Shown here: in pieces, positions 12,865-28,316 of the stretch
Layout: the number at the start of each line of letters is the position of its first letter
Position numbering within the stretch: the stretch's first letter is position 1
Source of the DNA: the human T2T-CHM13v2.0 reference genome, Homo sapiens
Assembly (NCBI RefSeq): GCF_009914755.1
Contig: NC_060937.1
Length of the DNA: 64,000 nt
Strand: one strand, 5' to 3'
Notes under the pieces: model-generated
The model's input: the letters and a program-made list of their open reading frames with translations, nothing else
Database searches by the model: none
Told to the model about the DNA's origin: nothing
Position numbers and translations under genes: made by a program

Positions 12865-13929
12865 TAATTAAACATTTAGAATTTTACTCATTTTGTTGTG
12901 CAGGAAAAATTGTAATTTCTTTCTGATGGACATGGCAAACAGTTAATTACATTACACTGTGGTAAGTGTAATGATGGGAGAGGCGGCATAGTTTTATTAT
13001 AGGGACAGCTAAGAGGAGTATCTGCATCAAATTATATGAATTATAGTAGAATTCCCAAAGGAGGTGGCACCTAGGTTGATTCCTGAGGAATTTGTTGGTT
13101 TTGGCTGGGTAACAGTGTTCCTTAGCAAGGGTGCTATTAACATTTTGGGCAGGATAATCCCACATTGCAGATTAAGTGTCTTTAGCCCCTGAAATCCTTA
13201 ATGACAGTAGCACCTCTAGTTACTGTAATAACCAAGACCAACCAACCAACCAATCAAACAACAACGAAACCCTCCAAGCTTTTCAAAACACTCCCTAGGG
13301 GAGTGGTACTGCCTCTGGTTGAGAATCCTTGAAATCCAGGCCATAGGAAATAGGAATGTTAGGCATGTTGCAGAGAAGTGTTCACCCAGATGGAGCTGCA
13401 TGTGTAAAGCTAGGGAGGTAGGAAAAAGCAAGATGTTTTGAAAACTGTTTTTAGTTTACATCACTTAATGTATTTAACTGTAACTATTCTCTGAGAGCAA
13501 AGAAGTATTTTTAGAAGGTATATTGTGTTAAGGATATGGAATTTTGTTTTCTGAAGGTATTTTAAAATAGTATTTTAGATTACCCCATAGCTGTGATTTT
13601 GTGTGAAATGAGGGATGATCTTTAAAATTTCCTTCTACTTGTAAATCTATGGCTACTTTGCTTTTTAGCTCATAGGTAAAAAAGAAAGTAGCATATTTTT
13701 ATTTTGACCTAGCTGAAATAATGGGATTGAATGAGTAGAAGTCAGGTTTACTACATGACATTGTCAAAAAGTTATTTAAAATTTGAGTCTTGGCTCCTGG
13801 ATATAAAAAGAGGATATTATTTTTTTACTTCTTAGGTTCGAAAACATTTAGTTTAAACATATCCAAGATCAAGCAGTCAAAATGAAGTTATAAATGTGAA
13901 TTTCAAGTCATTAATAAGTTAATTTTGAA

Positions 13930-15690
13930 AGAATAAAATACCTAGGAATACAGTTACCTTAACCAAGGAGATTAAAGGTCTCTACAATGAGAAGTACAAA
14001 ACACTGCTGAAAGAAAGCAGAGATAATATAAACAAATGGAAAAACATTCCATGCTCATGGATAGGAAGAATCAATATTGTTAAAATGGCCACACTGCCCA
14101 AAGCAATTTATAGATTCAATGCTACTCCTATCAAACTACCAATGTCATTTTTCACAGATTTAGAAAAAACTATTTTAAAATTCACATGGAACCAAAAAAG
14201 AGCCCAAATAGCCAAAGCTATCCTAAGCAAAAAGAATAAAGCTGGAGGAGTCATATTGCCTCCCTTCAAGCTGTACTCCAAAGTTACAGTTACCAAAACA
14301 GCATGGTACTGGTACCAAAACTGACACATAGGCCAATAGAACAGGATAGAGAACCTAGAAATAAAGCCACACACCTACAACCATCTGATCTTTGACAAAG
14401 TCGACAATAACAAGCAATGAGGAAAGGTATCCCTGTTCCATAAATGGTGCTGGCATAACTGGCTAGCCATATGTAGGAAATTGATACTAGATCCCTTCCT
14501 TTCACCATATACAAAAACTAACTCAACATGGGTTAAAGACTTAAACATATAGCCTAAAACTATTAAAACCCTAGGAGGAAACCTAGGAAATGCCATTCTG
14601 GACATAGGCATAGGCCTTGGCAAAGATTTCATGGTGAAGACTTCAAGAGCAAACAAAAACAAAAATAGTCAAGTGGGACCCAATTAAACTAAGGAGCTTC
14701 TGCACAGCAAAAGAAACTATCAACAGAGTAAACAGAAAACCTACAGAATTGGAGAAAATATTTGCAAACTATGCAGCTGAAAAGGTCTAACACCGAGACT
14801 CTATAAGGAACTTAAATCAACAAACAAATAACAATCAATCCCATTAAAAAATGGGCAAAGGACATGAACAAACGCTTCTCAAAAGAAGACTTACACGTGG
14901 TCAACAAGCATATGAAAAAACGCTTGATATTACTAATCATTAGAGAAATGCAAATCACAACTACAATGAGATACCATTTCATACCAGTCAGAATGGCTGT
15001 TATAAAAAAAGTCAAAAAACAATAGATGTTGGTGAGATTGTGGAGAAAAGGAAATGCTTACACACTGCTAGTGGGAATGTAAATTAGTTCAGCCACTGTG
15101 GAAAGCAGTTTGTATATTTCTCAAAGAACTTAAAATTAGAACTACCATTCAACCCAGCAATCCCATTACTGGGTATATACCCAAAGGAATATAAATTATT
15201 CTGCCATAAAGACACATGCACACGTATGTTCATCACAGCACTTTTCACAATAATGAAGACATGGAATCAACTTAGATGCCCATCAGTGGTGGACTGGATA
15301 AAGAAAATATGGTACATATACATAATGGAATACTATAAAGCCATAAAAAAGAATGAAATCATATCCTTACAGCAACATAGATGCAGCTGGAAGCCATCCT
15401 AAATGAATTAATGCAGGAACAGAAAATCAGATACCATATGTATCCTTTAAGTGGGAGCTACACATTGAGTACACATGGACACAAAAAAAGGGACAATGGA
15501 CATGGGGGCTTACTTAAGGGTGGTGGGTGGGAGGAGGGTGACGACTGAAGAACTGTCTGTTCGGTACTATGTCCACTACTTGGGTGATGAAATCGTTTGT
15601 ACACGAAACCCCAGTGACATGCAATTTACCCATGTAACAAACCTGCATATATGTACCCCGAACCTAAAAAGTTGGAAGAATAAAAATAAA
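13930..15690 (+). mobile_element. 5'-truncated L1 (old L1PA/L1PB-type; ORF2 3' end plus 3'UTR) in LACC1 intron
   Basis: ORF 14085-14324 translates as L1 ORF2 ([16 protein letters not shown]...AWYWY). L1 3'UTR and A-rich tail follow. Confidence 0.93.
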
Positions 15691-16549
15691 TTAACTTTAA
15701 AATATAATATAATTAGCTACATTGTATACTACTTTTATCAGATATCAAAAAGAATAAAATTCTTCTATGGGACTAATTTAATAAAGATCTTTTAACTAGA
15801 TATGTATATATAGATAGGCATAGAAAAATCAAATAGAAAGGAGGTGGATGAACTACAAGTGAGAGGATAACTAAGGAGGCTCACTGAGGAAGAGAGCTAC
15901 TCTCATCTGTAGAAAAGCCCTGACAGTTTCTCTCTTTAACTCAAAATGCCTATATCTAGCTGCTTCCCTTTGAACATCACTGTCTGCATCTTCCTAGGTG
16001 CCTGAAAATCATTATGTCAAAAACTCAACATTTTTTTCCTAAAGTCTTCTCTGCCAGTTAGGTTTCCTGTTTTAATTATTGATATCCTACCCACTTACAG
16101 ATAGAAACTTGATGTCTTCATTCTGTACTTCCCATAACCACATATTCAGTGGGTTACCTGTAGAGGCTGAACCTGTCACCTAAGTCCTTCTTGCTTTCAT
16201 CATCTCCTTTTATCTGTAAAAATTGATCCCTTCACCTGAGTGCCTACCTTTTGAAGGGTATGAGTATGGAGTGCTTAAGGAAGGTGTAAGGGTACTCATT
16301 ATTGGCCAACCATATCAGCTGAATCAAACCCAGATATAGGGAATAAAGGAAAAATGCAATATTCTTAGCTTTCTGTCTTTGGCAACAAGAAGGTAGCAGA
16401 AGTAAAGAAGATGGTTTTATCTTAGAACACTGTAAGATGCAAGGCAGATAAGACAAAGATGGCAAGGGAACGATAGTCTGGGCAAGTGGGAAGGGAGTAA
16501 AAAGAGGCTGTTAATTGAAATATAATAGATATATTTTTGTAAAAAGGGA

Positions 16550-17390
16550 GAGATGAAAACTGCAAAACATTGCTGAAGGACATTAAAGAAGACACAAATA
16601 AATGCAGAGAAATTCTGTGTTCATGGATTAGAAGTTAGAGAAACGCAAATCAAAACCACAGTGAAATATCACCCCACATCCATTAGGATGGCTAATATTT
16701 TAAAACCTCAGAAAATAAGTGTTGTTGAGGATATGGAGAAGTTGAAATCCTGGTGCACTGGTGGTGGGAATGTGAAATTGTGTAGCCACTATAGAAAACA
16801 GTATGGCAATTTCTCAAAAAATTATAAATAGATTACCATATAATCCAGAAATTCCTCTTCTGGAAGTATATCCAAAATAACTGAAATCAGGAACTCAAAG
16901 AGATATTTGCACACCAATGTTGATAACACGATTATTCGCAATAGCCAAAAGGTGAAAGCAATCTAAGGTACATTGGTAGATGAATGGATAAGCAAAATGT
17001 GTGTGCATACAATGGAATATTATTTAGCTTTAAAAAGGCAGGATATTCTGACACATACTACAATATAGATGAACCTTAAGGACATTATGCTAAGTGAAAT
17101 CAGTCAGTCACAAAAAGATAAATACTGTATTGATTTCACTTATATGATATACCTACAGTAATCAAATGTACAGGAACTGGAAGAAGAATGGTGATTGCCA
17201 GGGGCTGGTAAAAGGAAGAAACAAGGAGTTATTGTTAATAGTTGTAGAGTTTCCATTTTATCAAATGAAAAAATTCTGGAGTTTGGTTATACAACAATGT
17301 GAGTTCAACACTACTGAACTGTATACTTAGAATAGTATTTTTTTGTGGTTATAATAGTAAATTTTGTGGGTTTTTAACCACAATCTTTTA
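16550..17390 (+). mobile_element. L1M (L1MB-like) 3' fragment
   Basis: CAAATCAAAACCACAGTGAAATATCACC...GGACATTATGCTAAGTGAAAT...CTACTGAACTGTATACTTA. Confidence 0.85.
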
Positions 17391-17570
17391 AAATGTGAAA
17401 AATAGAAGACTAAGAAGCTATGATCTCAGTGGAAACTAAAAGTATAGAGCATCTTTAAATGGAAGATGAAGAAAACTCCCATTACATGTCTCTTCTGTGT
17501 CAGGTGCTTTGTGTAGTATGGCTCATTTAAAAACCACATGATAATGTAATTTATTATTTCTGGACTTTGA

Positions 17571-17906
<336 letters not shown>

Positions 17907-19013
17907 TGATTTCATTCAACTGCAAGTTTGATTATTTCTGATTGTTCTAAAATGAAATTTATTTTGGAGAACAATTAATAACTCTAAGAAGAATTTAGGT
18001 GGTGGTTATTTAAGCAGCTGACATGCACATGTACACAAACACTCATTTTAAATATGAAATCTGTTTTCATTTGAGTTTGAATAACAGAAATTTTCCTGTC
18101 TGGTATCTTTCATTGATTTAAAAGTGAAGGAAGAAATATTTGGCATTTAATTTTAAGAGATCTACTTAAACTTCATATAGAAAAGTTGGTGTGTACTTTA
18201 CTTCACAGCCATTCCTCAGCTAAATTCTCCTAAATGTAATGAACTATCAGGAAGCTGATATTTTAAAATTATTCTTATTATCTAATTAACTAGAGGAATA
18301 TGTTTTTTAGAAAAAATATTAGATAATATAAATACACAGTTTTTTACTTTTAAGTTTTTTACAGTTCTTCGCATCTTTTAATTTACAAGGTTTTGTTATT
18401 AATAACTGGTGAAAATTATTTGTCATTACTACAAAGGCAAATTAATGTATGTTTTAAATCATGTTTCTATTCCAGTCACCAAAACTTTACCCAGAGTCTG
18501 CCTCATTTAGTACAGATGTGGAAAAGTTTGAAATTGATTCTTAAATGTGACTTTTAAAATCAAGTATCACTAACTTGTAGTCATATTTCATATCATAAAG
18601 TGTTCATGGAGAAGCAAGTTTTCTGAGAAAAATCTGGCTAATAGAAGGAAAGGAGATGAAGGGCCAGATGACTAAAAAGCATACTCTGGCTGAGCCAGGT
18701 GAATTTTGCCTGATATCCTGGTAACTTTTGTAGACATTTCTTCTTAAATAAGCACTTGATTTTGATTATAAAATTCTGTACCTAGATTATGTCTATAAGA
18801 CAATATGGAAGGTTGTACTGTGCATATATGAACTTAGGTGATAAATGCTGATAAAGTGTAGCATTTTTTTTCCTGACTAGTCCATGTTCTGTAAGTGAAT
18901 AACAATATACATTGTTCTAGGTACATCTTTCCTGGAACTTTTTCATGCCAACATCCATACTTTTTTTCATATTGCTTTGGCTATTGGGAAAATAAACTCT
19001 TGCTCTCTTTTGA

Positions 19014-19190
<177 letters not shown>

Positions 19191-19704
19191 GGTACAGTAG
19201 GTTTTCTCTCCTCTCTCCGTTTTTCCTCTCTTTCATCCCTCTCTCCACTTCTCCCTCCCTTTCTCTTTCTTCCTCTTTTAGCCTATTCCTCCCCTTATTT
19301 AAAAAAAAAAAGTTAATTATGTTAAACTTTACTCCTTTATTCCTACAGGGAGAATGATGTTTCTACTTTTTTAGTGATGTAATAGTGGTAGCAACGTTCA
19401 TTTCCAATAACACTCTATTATGAAGAGCAGCCACTCCTTTTCCTAGTTAATGAAGAATAATTAGGCAGGCTTATGTTAAAAGTATAAAAATAAAACAATT
19501 TAATCTTTAAAAAGGTATGTAAGTATTTCCTTTCTCTCTACTATGTACTTGATATCTGTACATTCCCTATCCTCACATCCTTATAACTTTCATGTTATTT
19601 TTGAAAATAAATCTTTGCATAAACATTCTGAATTCTAGAATCATAAGAAATTCTCACAAAGAAACTAGCTTGATTTTCAACTAGATTTCCAAATGATTAT
19701 CTGC

Positions 19705-20075
19705 AGTTGGAGTTGCCCAAATTTTTATTTTAAAATGACAGTAAGTAGTTTAGACTTTGTGGGACATACAGTATATCTCAGCTACTCAGCTTCGCCATTG
19801 TAGAGGTAGAGCAACAAGAGATACTGACAACATAGAGATGAATGAATATGTCCGTGTTCCAATAAAACTTTGTTTACAAAAATCAGGCGAGGGAGCCAGG
19901 CACAGTGGCCCTGCTCCTGTAGTCCCAGCTCCTCGGGAGGCTGAGGTGGGAGGACTGCTTTAGGCCAGGAGTTTGAGTACAGCATGGATAACATAAACCC
20001 TGTCTGTAAACAGTAAAATAAACAGGTAAGGGGCCAGATTTGGCCTATAGGCTATAGTACACTGACACATGATCT
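19705..20075. mobile_element. MER58-like hAT element with an inserted FLAM/Alu monomer (~19895-20020)
   Basis: GTGTTCCAATAAAACTTTGTTTACAAAAA and GGGCCAGATTTGGCC flank an Alu left-monomer-like sequence. Confidence 0.75.
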
Positions 20076-20639
20076 AAAGTCATACAGCAAGACTGAGTGT
20101 AATTTTCTTAAAATAGTATTTATTAGAGATGGTTTTGTTGGAATTATACAAAAATATTTCATGGCACTGATTTAGCACTGCCCCTATAAGATATGTGTAA
20201 TTTTCCCTAAGGTTACTTCTAGCTGAATTAATATTATTTTTTACTCTTTACAATGTTTTTAGCTCTTTAACTTACAGAAAAACTTTAATAGACTTCATGA
20301 CTCTTACCTTGATATTCTAATAACACCAGTAAGCGTCTCATATTTGATTTCTATGTATTTTACAGATACTTGACTGGATTTTTGTATAACTGCTTCCTGC
20401 CTCCTTCCAAACTGACTGCAAGAGAGAAATTTAGCTGTTTGATTTACTTAAAACCAAATGGATTACAATGGATAATTCATCTTTTGGGTATATTTTTACT
20501 ATTATTCAAAGCCAAATGATTTTCATTTAATTGTAATAATAACTGACAAAAATCAGTATGTTGTAGCTAATATGTTTTATGCATGAGAATTATTCTTAAA
20601 GTTTGTTCTCCCTGTTTATTACACAGATCAGGAATAGAT

Positions 20640-21900
20640 TTGTTCAGTTCAGTATTTATTGGATACCCTCTATTGGTCAGGCATTGTGTTAAGCATATGT
20701 GAATCAAAATGAACACAACTTTTTCCTTTGAGTCTGATACAGTGAAGGAGATAAACACTTCTACAACTTAAATTTAATTTTAATAGCAGTAGAAGAGAAC
20801 ATAAGGAATAGAGGTTAATTTTACCCAGAAGCAGGATAGAGAAAATATTACAGAGAAAATCACATATCACATGGGCTCGAAAGATGTAGAGGTTTTTGAC
20901 AAATGAAGAACAACCATAACAGGTAGAGGGAACACCATGAACCAGGGCATGAAACTGAAAGTGCATAACATATTCTAGAGAGAGAAGGGTGTGGGCATGA
21001 GTTAGGGCTGGAAAAACAGGTTGGAAACAGATAAGTAAGGGTCTCAAATGCAATGTCAAAGAGCTTGCAGTTTATTTTCCAGGCAATGAGTAGGCAGCCA
21101 AAAAAAAAAAAGTAAGGATGTGTTTTTTTTTTTTCCCATGGCATCATATTTAAGAGGATGGATTTAAATTGTGTGAGACCAAAGCATAGAGACTAGATAA
21201 GAGGCGATCAAAATATTTCAAAAAGAAATAATGAAGATCCAATGAAGGAAGTGGAAATTAAAATAGGGAAGAGAGTAGATGGATTAGAGAGACATTTAAG
21301 AGATGGAATCAATAGATCCTGTTACTAGATAATGGAAGTAAGAGGTGAGGAAGAGTGGAAAAGTCATTAATGACTCTAAGATTTCTGCTTGGCTGCTTAC
21401 CAAGATTGGCAACAAAGGGAGGGAGAAGGTTTGGAAAAAGAGAGAAGGATAATGAGTTTGACTTTACATAGAATGAAGGGCATCCAGATAGAAATCTTTG
21501 GTTAATAATTAGAAATATAGACCTAGAAATTAGGAGGAAACCTGAGACAGAGACAAATATTTCAAAGCTTACAATACAGAGATGATACCTGATTCTATTG
21601 GAGCAGGTTTGATCATCTAGGCAGAAATTAGGATGAGAAAAAAGGAGATCCAATAATACAACCTTATAGTCACAGAAGTAAGAAAAAAAGGTAGTTGTTT
21701 TGAAGAAGCCAGGATAGGTGTGGAAAGTACTCAAAAAGAAATCTTCAGGGATAAAATAAAGTGATAATTTAAAAGAAATCAATGGATTAAACATATTGAA
21801 ACTGTTCTATAGGCAGTGGTCATTGAGTCAGCTTTCAGTGCATTAGGAAGAAGATGCATAGGTGTCAACTCTTTTCTGACAGCATTTACTAGAGAAGAGA
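20640..21900 (-). mobile_element. L2 fragment, antisense, within the LACC1 3'UTR
   Basis: TTCAGTATTTATTGGATACC...GGCATTGTGTTAAGC L2 tail followed by a purine-rich L2 body. Confidence 0.65.
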
Positions 21901-22823
21901 AAAAGCTGGGGACTACATCTTCAAGGAAGGGACTTTTTTTGGATGAGCAGTTTTGAGTGTGTTTGTCAGTTAAAGAGAGGAATTAGGTTGGTTTTCATTT
22001 GGGAAAAATTGTATATATATTTAATGTAAGTTATCACATTGCATCTTAAAAATATTCTTATTTAATACATATATTTCCTACATGTATATGTGGTAGCATG
22101 ATAGCAAATAACATTTGTTTGGTATTTCCAAAGGACTTTCATGTACATTGCCTCATTTTACCTTTACAGCTACTCTGAAATACACAGGCATTATCCCTTT
22201 TATTCAGCTGAGAAAACTGAGCTTCATTGAGGTGGAGGTCAAAAATCACAAAATTTGTGATGAATTAAGATTTGAACATATGTTTTGTGACTCCAGTTTT
22301 CCTTTCAGATTTTAAAATTAATTAAAGGGATCTTCATTATACTTTTATTGTTAACTTTTTGTTAACATAATTTATTCATACATTCAGTGAAAATTTTGTT
22401 GAGGTACTGGGACAGGTTAAAAAATACAGTTGTAGCCCTCAGGATATTTAATATCCAGTGAAAAGTGACAGTCAGTAAACCAACAATCTCAATACTTTGA
22501 TATATGTTGTGAGGTTGTGATAACCGATTCTTGTTTAGTTTAATTCTATATCTCCCTTAGACCAGTGTTAAATTTAAATAAAACACCTCATTTTTTCCAA
22601 TTCAGGGAAGGCACTAAACATAAAGCATAGGATAGAAATGTTGAACTCATCCAAAATATTATTTTGTTTAATGAAAATGATGAAGATTAAGGAATACTTC
22701 CATGTATTGAGTAAGGTTGATAATTTTCTAATTCTTCACTGTGCATTATTTTGTTTGAAGTTGGTAAATTTGGAGTATCCTGCAGACACATTTTGCTTTA
22801 TGTACTACAACATTCTACAACCA

Positions 22824-22829
22824 AATAAA
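22824..22829 (+). terminator. Probable LACC1 polyadenylation signal AATAAA (alternative at 22577-22582)
   Basis: Canonical hexamer at the end of a long AT-rich UTR, with upstream TGTA elements. Confidence 0.65.
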
Positions 22830-23059
22830 AATTATTTTGATTATCTGATTTTGGATTATCTCTGCCAAAGTATATAATGAAAGGTTGTCTCCTTGCTGCT
22901 TTACTGAATGAAAAGTGTTGATTTAGTAACTCCAAACTATCAGGTTATTAAATAATCATCTTATTGTGTCTACAAGATAGCTGTCACTCTCACATATTTG
23001 TATGTAGGTTTCTAGGACTTTTGGGGTACAACAACAAAGATTTCTAGTAAGTTTTGTTT

Positions 23060-23310
23060 TTGTTTTTAATTTTATTTTAAATTTATAAATAACAATGGTA
23101 CCTATTCATGGGATACATAATAATGTTTCCATTCATATAATGTACAGTGATCTGACCAAGGTAATTAGCATATCTATCATTTCGAACATTTTTCTTTGTG
23201 TTACGAACATTTAATATGTTCCTTCCAGCTATTTCAAACTATATAATATACTATTGTTAACTATAGTTATCCTGCAGTGGTATAGAACACTAGAACTTAT
23301 TCCTCTTAAA
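23060..23310 (-). mobile_element. L1MA 3' end fragment
   Basis: TTGTTAACTATAGTTATCCTGCAGTGGTATAGAACACTAGAACTTATTCCTC. Confidence 0.75.
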
Positions 23311-23620
23311 GTTTTGTTTTTAATCTAAGCACTGCTACTAACTGCACATAGGAAATATTGATTGCTATTTTATTAATAAGGGGAATTAAGTTTGTAAGTC
23401 AAATAAACATTAATGAAATACCTTTTTGAAAATACTATCAAACTAAAACTTACTGGGCCATTTATCCAACTGTAATTTTAAATTGTGAAAAATAGCACAG
23501 TGGCCAAATATGCTATACCCCAGTGCTTTATAAAACAAATAAGATGACCTTACCACTAGGAGGTGGTATTTCAACAAGTAGCTCTACTATTATTTCTTGG
23601 TATAAAGTTGAACTAATCTT

Positions 23621-24098
23621 TTTTTTTTTTGAAAAAAATCAACTTTATTTTTTCTAGGTTTAAAAAAATAGAACCAGCTATTAATTTTTGTTGAGAAAAT
23701 GCATCTTTTGGTGTTCACATCTAAATTTCTGAAAAGGTGATCTGGTTACTAAAATCATCCCAAATACATTCATAAACCAGATCCACGTGTGACCAGCCCT
23801 TTACAAAAATTAATTACAGTTGCCACAGCCTTTACATTCATTCTTATCACACGTTACAACATGCAGATAACACAAAGAAAGGTCAACAAGCTGAAGTAAA
23901 CATTACAGCATCAGGAAAATGAAAACCCATCTGTATAAAATAAATACAATTTTGTAATAACTGTAAAGAAAATGAAAGCACTTAATAAAAATAATGGCAG
24001 TTGAATGTATAACTGTCTCATCTCCCAATCATAAAATAAGTTACTGTAAAATGCATAGACTCCTTACACGTAAAGAATTTGTGCATCACAGTCATGTG
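23621..24098 (-). pseudogene. 5'-truncated processed retrocopy of an mRNA 3'UTR end
   Basis: Poly(T) tract, minus-strand AATAAA (23649-23644), and a perfect 16-bp TSD AAGTTGAACTAATCTT at 23605-23620 and 24099-24114. The body is not a recognisable transposon. Confidence 0.85.
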
Positions 24099-25441
24099 AA
24101 GTTGAACTAATCTTAAACTCTGTATTTTCTTGTGGAATAAAAAGGGAGGGGAGGACGCATTTAAAGTTAGTGAATGTATTGCTCTTACTTTAGGTATAAC
24201 GTGGTAGTTCAAGTAGATAAAAGCATTTAGGAACCCTCACCCACTTCTATCTCACTCCTACAGAATCTCTAGTAATTGCTTTTCTGTAAGTAGATTTTTG
24301 GGAGAAACTCAGAGAAGCTTATTCTATGTAACATGACAAAACAGAAATAATATCTATATATTCAGCAGCTGGAAGGAAAGATAACAGTGACATACGAGTT
24401 ATATGCTTTTATATCTCAAAGTGGGATTTGATATTTATTTTTACTTGATTGTCCTAGAGTTATACTTCCAATGTATCCATCTTACTTTTTGTGTGAACTC
24501 TTAGAGAATGCTACCAATCTATGAAAGTTCAGCACTTTAAAGAAAGCATTACTCAGTTATTGTGTGTTATCGTGTTTGTATGCATGAGTCTTTGTGTATG
24601 TGCTAAATGGCAAACAAGAAATATGTGTGTTAAATATGACACATAGCCTTTTTGCCCTAGCTAATATAAATTAACACACACATAACACATTGGATGCAGT
24701 AGAATAATAGATTTCTCTCTATAGATTTTTTAATAAATTATGCAGTAAAGAATGGAAAGCATGGTCCATATGCTTACTGGATGTGTTTGTGTGAACCCTG
24801 ATCTAGGGCACGTGCATTTCCATTGTAGGCAGTGTTTTTAAAGTTTACTTGTGATTTCAAAGATTGCCATAAGCAATGCATTGTTCTGTGCTAGGTCATT
24901 GCTTAATGAAGAAAAAAGAAATCTGCCAGTACTGCTTTTTCCAGATTAACACGTTTGGTTTGAAGTCACAGTGATTACATGTCAACTGTGTTGAGACAAA
25001 CTTTTCATACTCTCCTTAGATGCATTTTTGTAGAGAAAGAAATGCTTACATCACATTCCCCATGTCCTTTTGCCAAGCGCCTGAGGTGAGCTATGTCTCT
25101 GCTGTATTTGGAGCAGACTTTTTGTTTTATTTAATTCTCAGAAGGTTGAGGTGTCCAGTTACTACATTTTGTTAAACAAAATTTCCAGCAGACACTATAG
25201 CTCAAAATACCACATTCCTTTCTAACCAAAAACAAAACAAAAGACAAAAAAGGGGAGTAAAGGGAGTACTCTCATTTCATGAGAAACATTTGTAGAAAAG
25301 AGATTTGTTCATGGTAACAATTGGGTTTTTAATACCCTTCATTTTCAGAATTCTGCATCACACGCTGCTTCAGTTTACATCTCACCATGCTTTCCTGTTC
25401 CTTACGTTTTTAAAGCTCATGTTTTAAGGTTGTATTTTCTT

Positions 25442-25815
<374 letters not shown>

Positions 25816-26633
25816 TCATATTTACAAGGTACCTTCATTCCTTTGGTTTTCTACTTTTCAATACATATCCAGATTTGGCTAATAGAGTTATCTGTTTGAC
25901 ATATCCTGTGTCCCCTCAAATATATCCTCCAAACTTAACTCATCATCTTCTCTCCAAAACCTGCTCCCATCCTGTCTTCTGTCTCAGAGAATGAAATCAT
26001 TATTCATGCAGTTGCCCAGCCAGAAACCCTGGAGTGTTTCTGAATGCCTCCCTTTCCTTCTCCCCTTCCCTTCCCACACTACTGACTGTATGTCTACTAT
26101 GTGTTCCCATGTCTCTCAACTTTCACAGACATTCAGGTCATCATCTCTCACCTGTATCATTAGAGCAGCCTTCTGACTAGTCTTTCCTTATTGAATCCCT
26201 TCTTACAGTATCATTATTGATTGTTTTAAAATGCAAATCTGGTCATATTACATCTCTCAAAAAATTTTTATGGCTTTCCCACTGCCTCCAAGGTAAAGAC
26301 CTACTCACTAAAATGTATAAGTGCTGTCATCCTCTTGCCCCTGCATACTTCTTTAATTTCTACCACTCCCCATGCTGTAGCCATTCTGTACTTTTTTCAT
26401 TTCCTAGAGTATGCCATTAAGCTAGGCCAGACCAAAGAGGTTGGTTGGCATTCAAAGACTGACTAGAACTCAGATTTTTGTTTAGGATTATCTTCACTTA
26501 GGCTTTCTACTAAATTAGCAAATAGGAAGTAGCAAGGACATCTACAATATAAACATTTACGTAAATAATTACAACACTCTAGTGTCTCCCTAGTTTCTCA
26601 TGGAGATATGGCCAAAATTCAGTTGTCAATGTC

Positions 26634-26766
26634 ATATATATATATGTGTGTGTGTGTGTATATATATATGTATATATATGTGTATATATGTATATATATG
26701 TATGTGTATATGTGTGTGTGTATATATATATATGTATATATATATACACACACACACATATATATA
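26634..26766. repeat. (TA)n/(TG)n/(CA)n compound microsatellite
   Basis: Directly visible. Confidence 0.95.
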
Positions 26767-27340
26767 GCGAGTACCATGCCAGATTGTACATGGAAGCTCA
26801 GTAGCTTTTGTTCCATGGGCAGTGTGAGGGGCCATACTAATGCTCAAAGGTCTACCTTCTACTGTATAAAGAAAGTTTTACTATATTGAAAAGCGTGCAC
26901 AATATTTTTTTCTGTGTTATTGGGTCAACAGCAGTTCTCACCATGATCACCATCATCTTCCACAGCTATGTTTTCTCTTGCTTCTTGGCTTTGTACACAT
27001 TGCTGGCTCTTTGTACACATTGCATACACACAGCATTTGTCAATGTCGCCTCTCTTGAATAACTCTTAACTATCCTTTAAGACTCAGATCTGGGGTCTTC
27101 TCTTCCAGAATATTTTCTTCGTTGTTTGCCTCATTAGCAACCATCCTGAGCATCATTTTTTATGGTCCTCAGTGAACTTATTTTTAAATGTTGGTCTGTT
27201 TAATTGTCTACTACTAAATATAGGCTCCATCAGAATAAAGAGCATATCTTACTTATCTTCATATTTTTAGTACCTAGCAAAGATATTATCACATTATAAT
27301 AATCTAATATCTATAGGAGAAAAAAGGGAAAGAGGGAAGT

Positions 27341-28040
<700 letters not shown>

Positions 28041-28316
28041 GAGGGGAAAGAATCCTTAAATAATCTAATACAAGGTCTGGAAGGATAAATAAATCATATT
28101 TTGGAGTGTTTGTGTTTTATTGATTTTCACAAGGTTCATTTCTATTTCCAGTGTTTAGTTGAATTTATTTAAATAATAATGACATATCAAAATCACTAAA
28201 GAAAGAATGCATATAATAGAAATCTGTTTTAAGACATTTGGCCATATTTCCTTATCCATCATTAGAATTTCCTGTTTCCAACTTGTATAGCAACATAAAC
28301 TTTAAAATACTGCTTT

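Larger units (their letters stand above)
20366..22845 (+). other. LACC1: LACC1 terminal 3'UTR exon (non-coding)
   Basis: Donor TGAG|gtacag at 19191/19192, acceptor attttacag|ATAC at 20365/20366, AATAAA at 22824-22829 followed by a T/GT-rich tract. The end point is approximate. Confidence 0.75.

Noticed and set aside
14085-15795. ORFs in the large LACC1 intron
   Set aside because: They are fragments of a dead L1 ORF2 and 3'UTR.
21309-21794. 161-aa minus-strand ORF in the LACC1 3'UTR
   Set aside because: It lies in decayed L2 sequence, has an F/L/S-biased composition and shows no splice or motif support.
26579-26889. YI/TH/CV-rich ORFs
   Set aside because: They are translations of a dinucleotide microsatellite.
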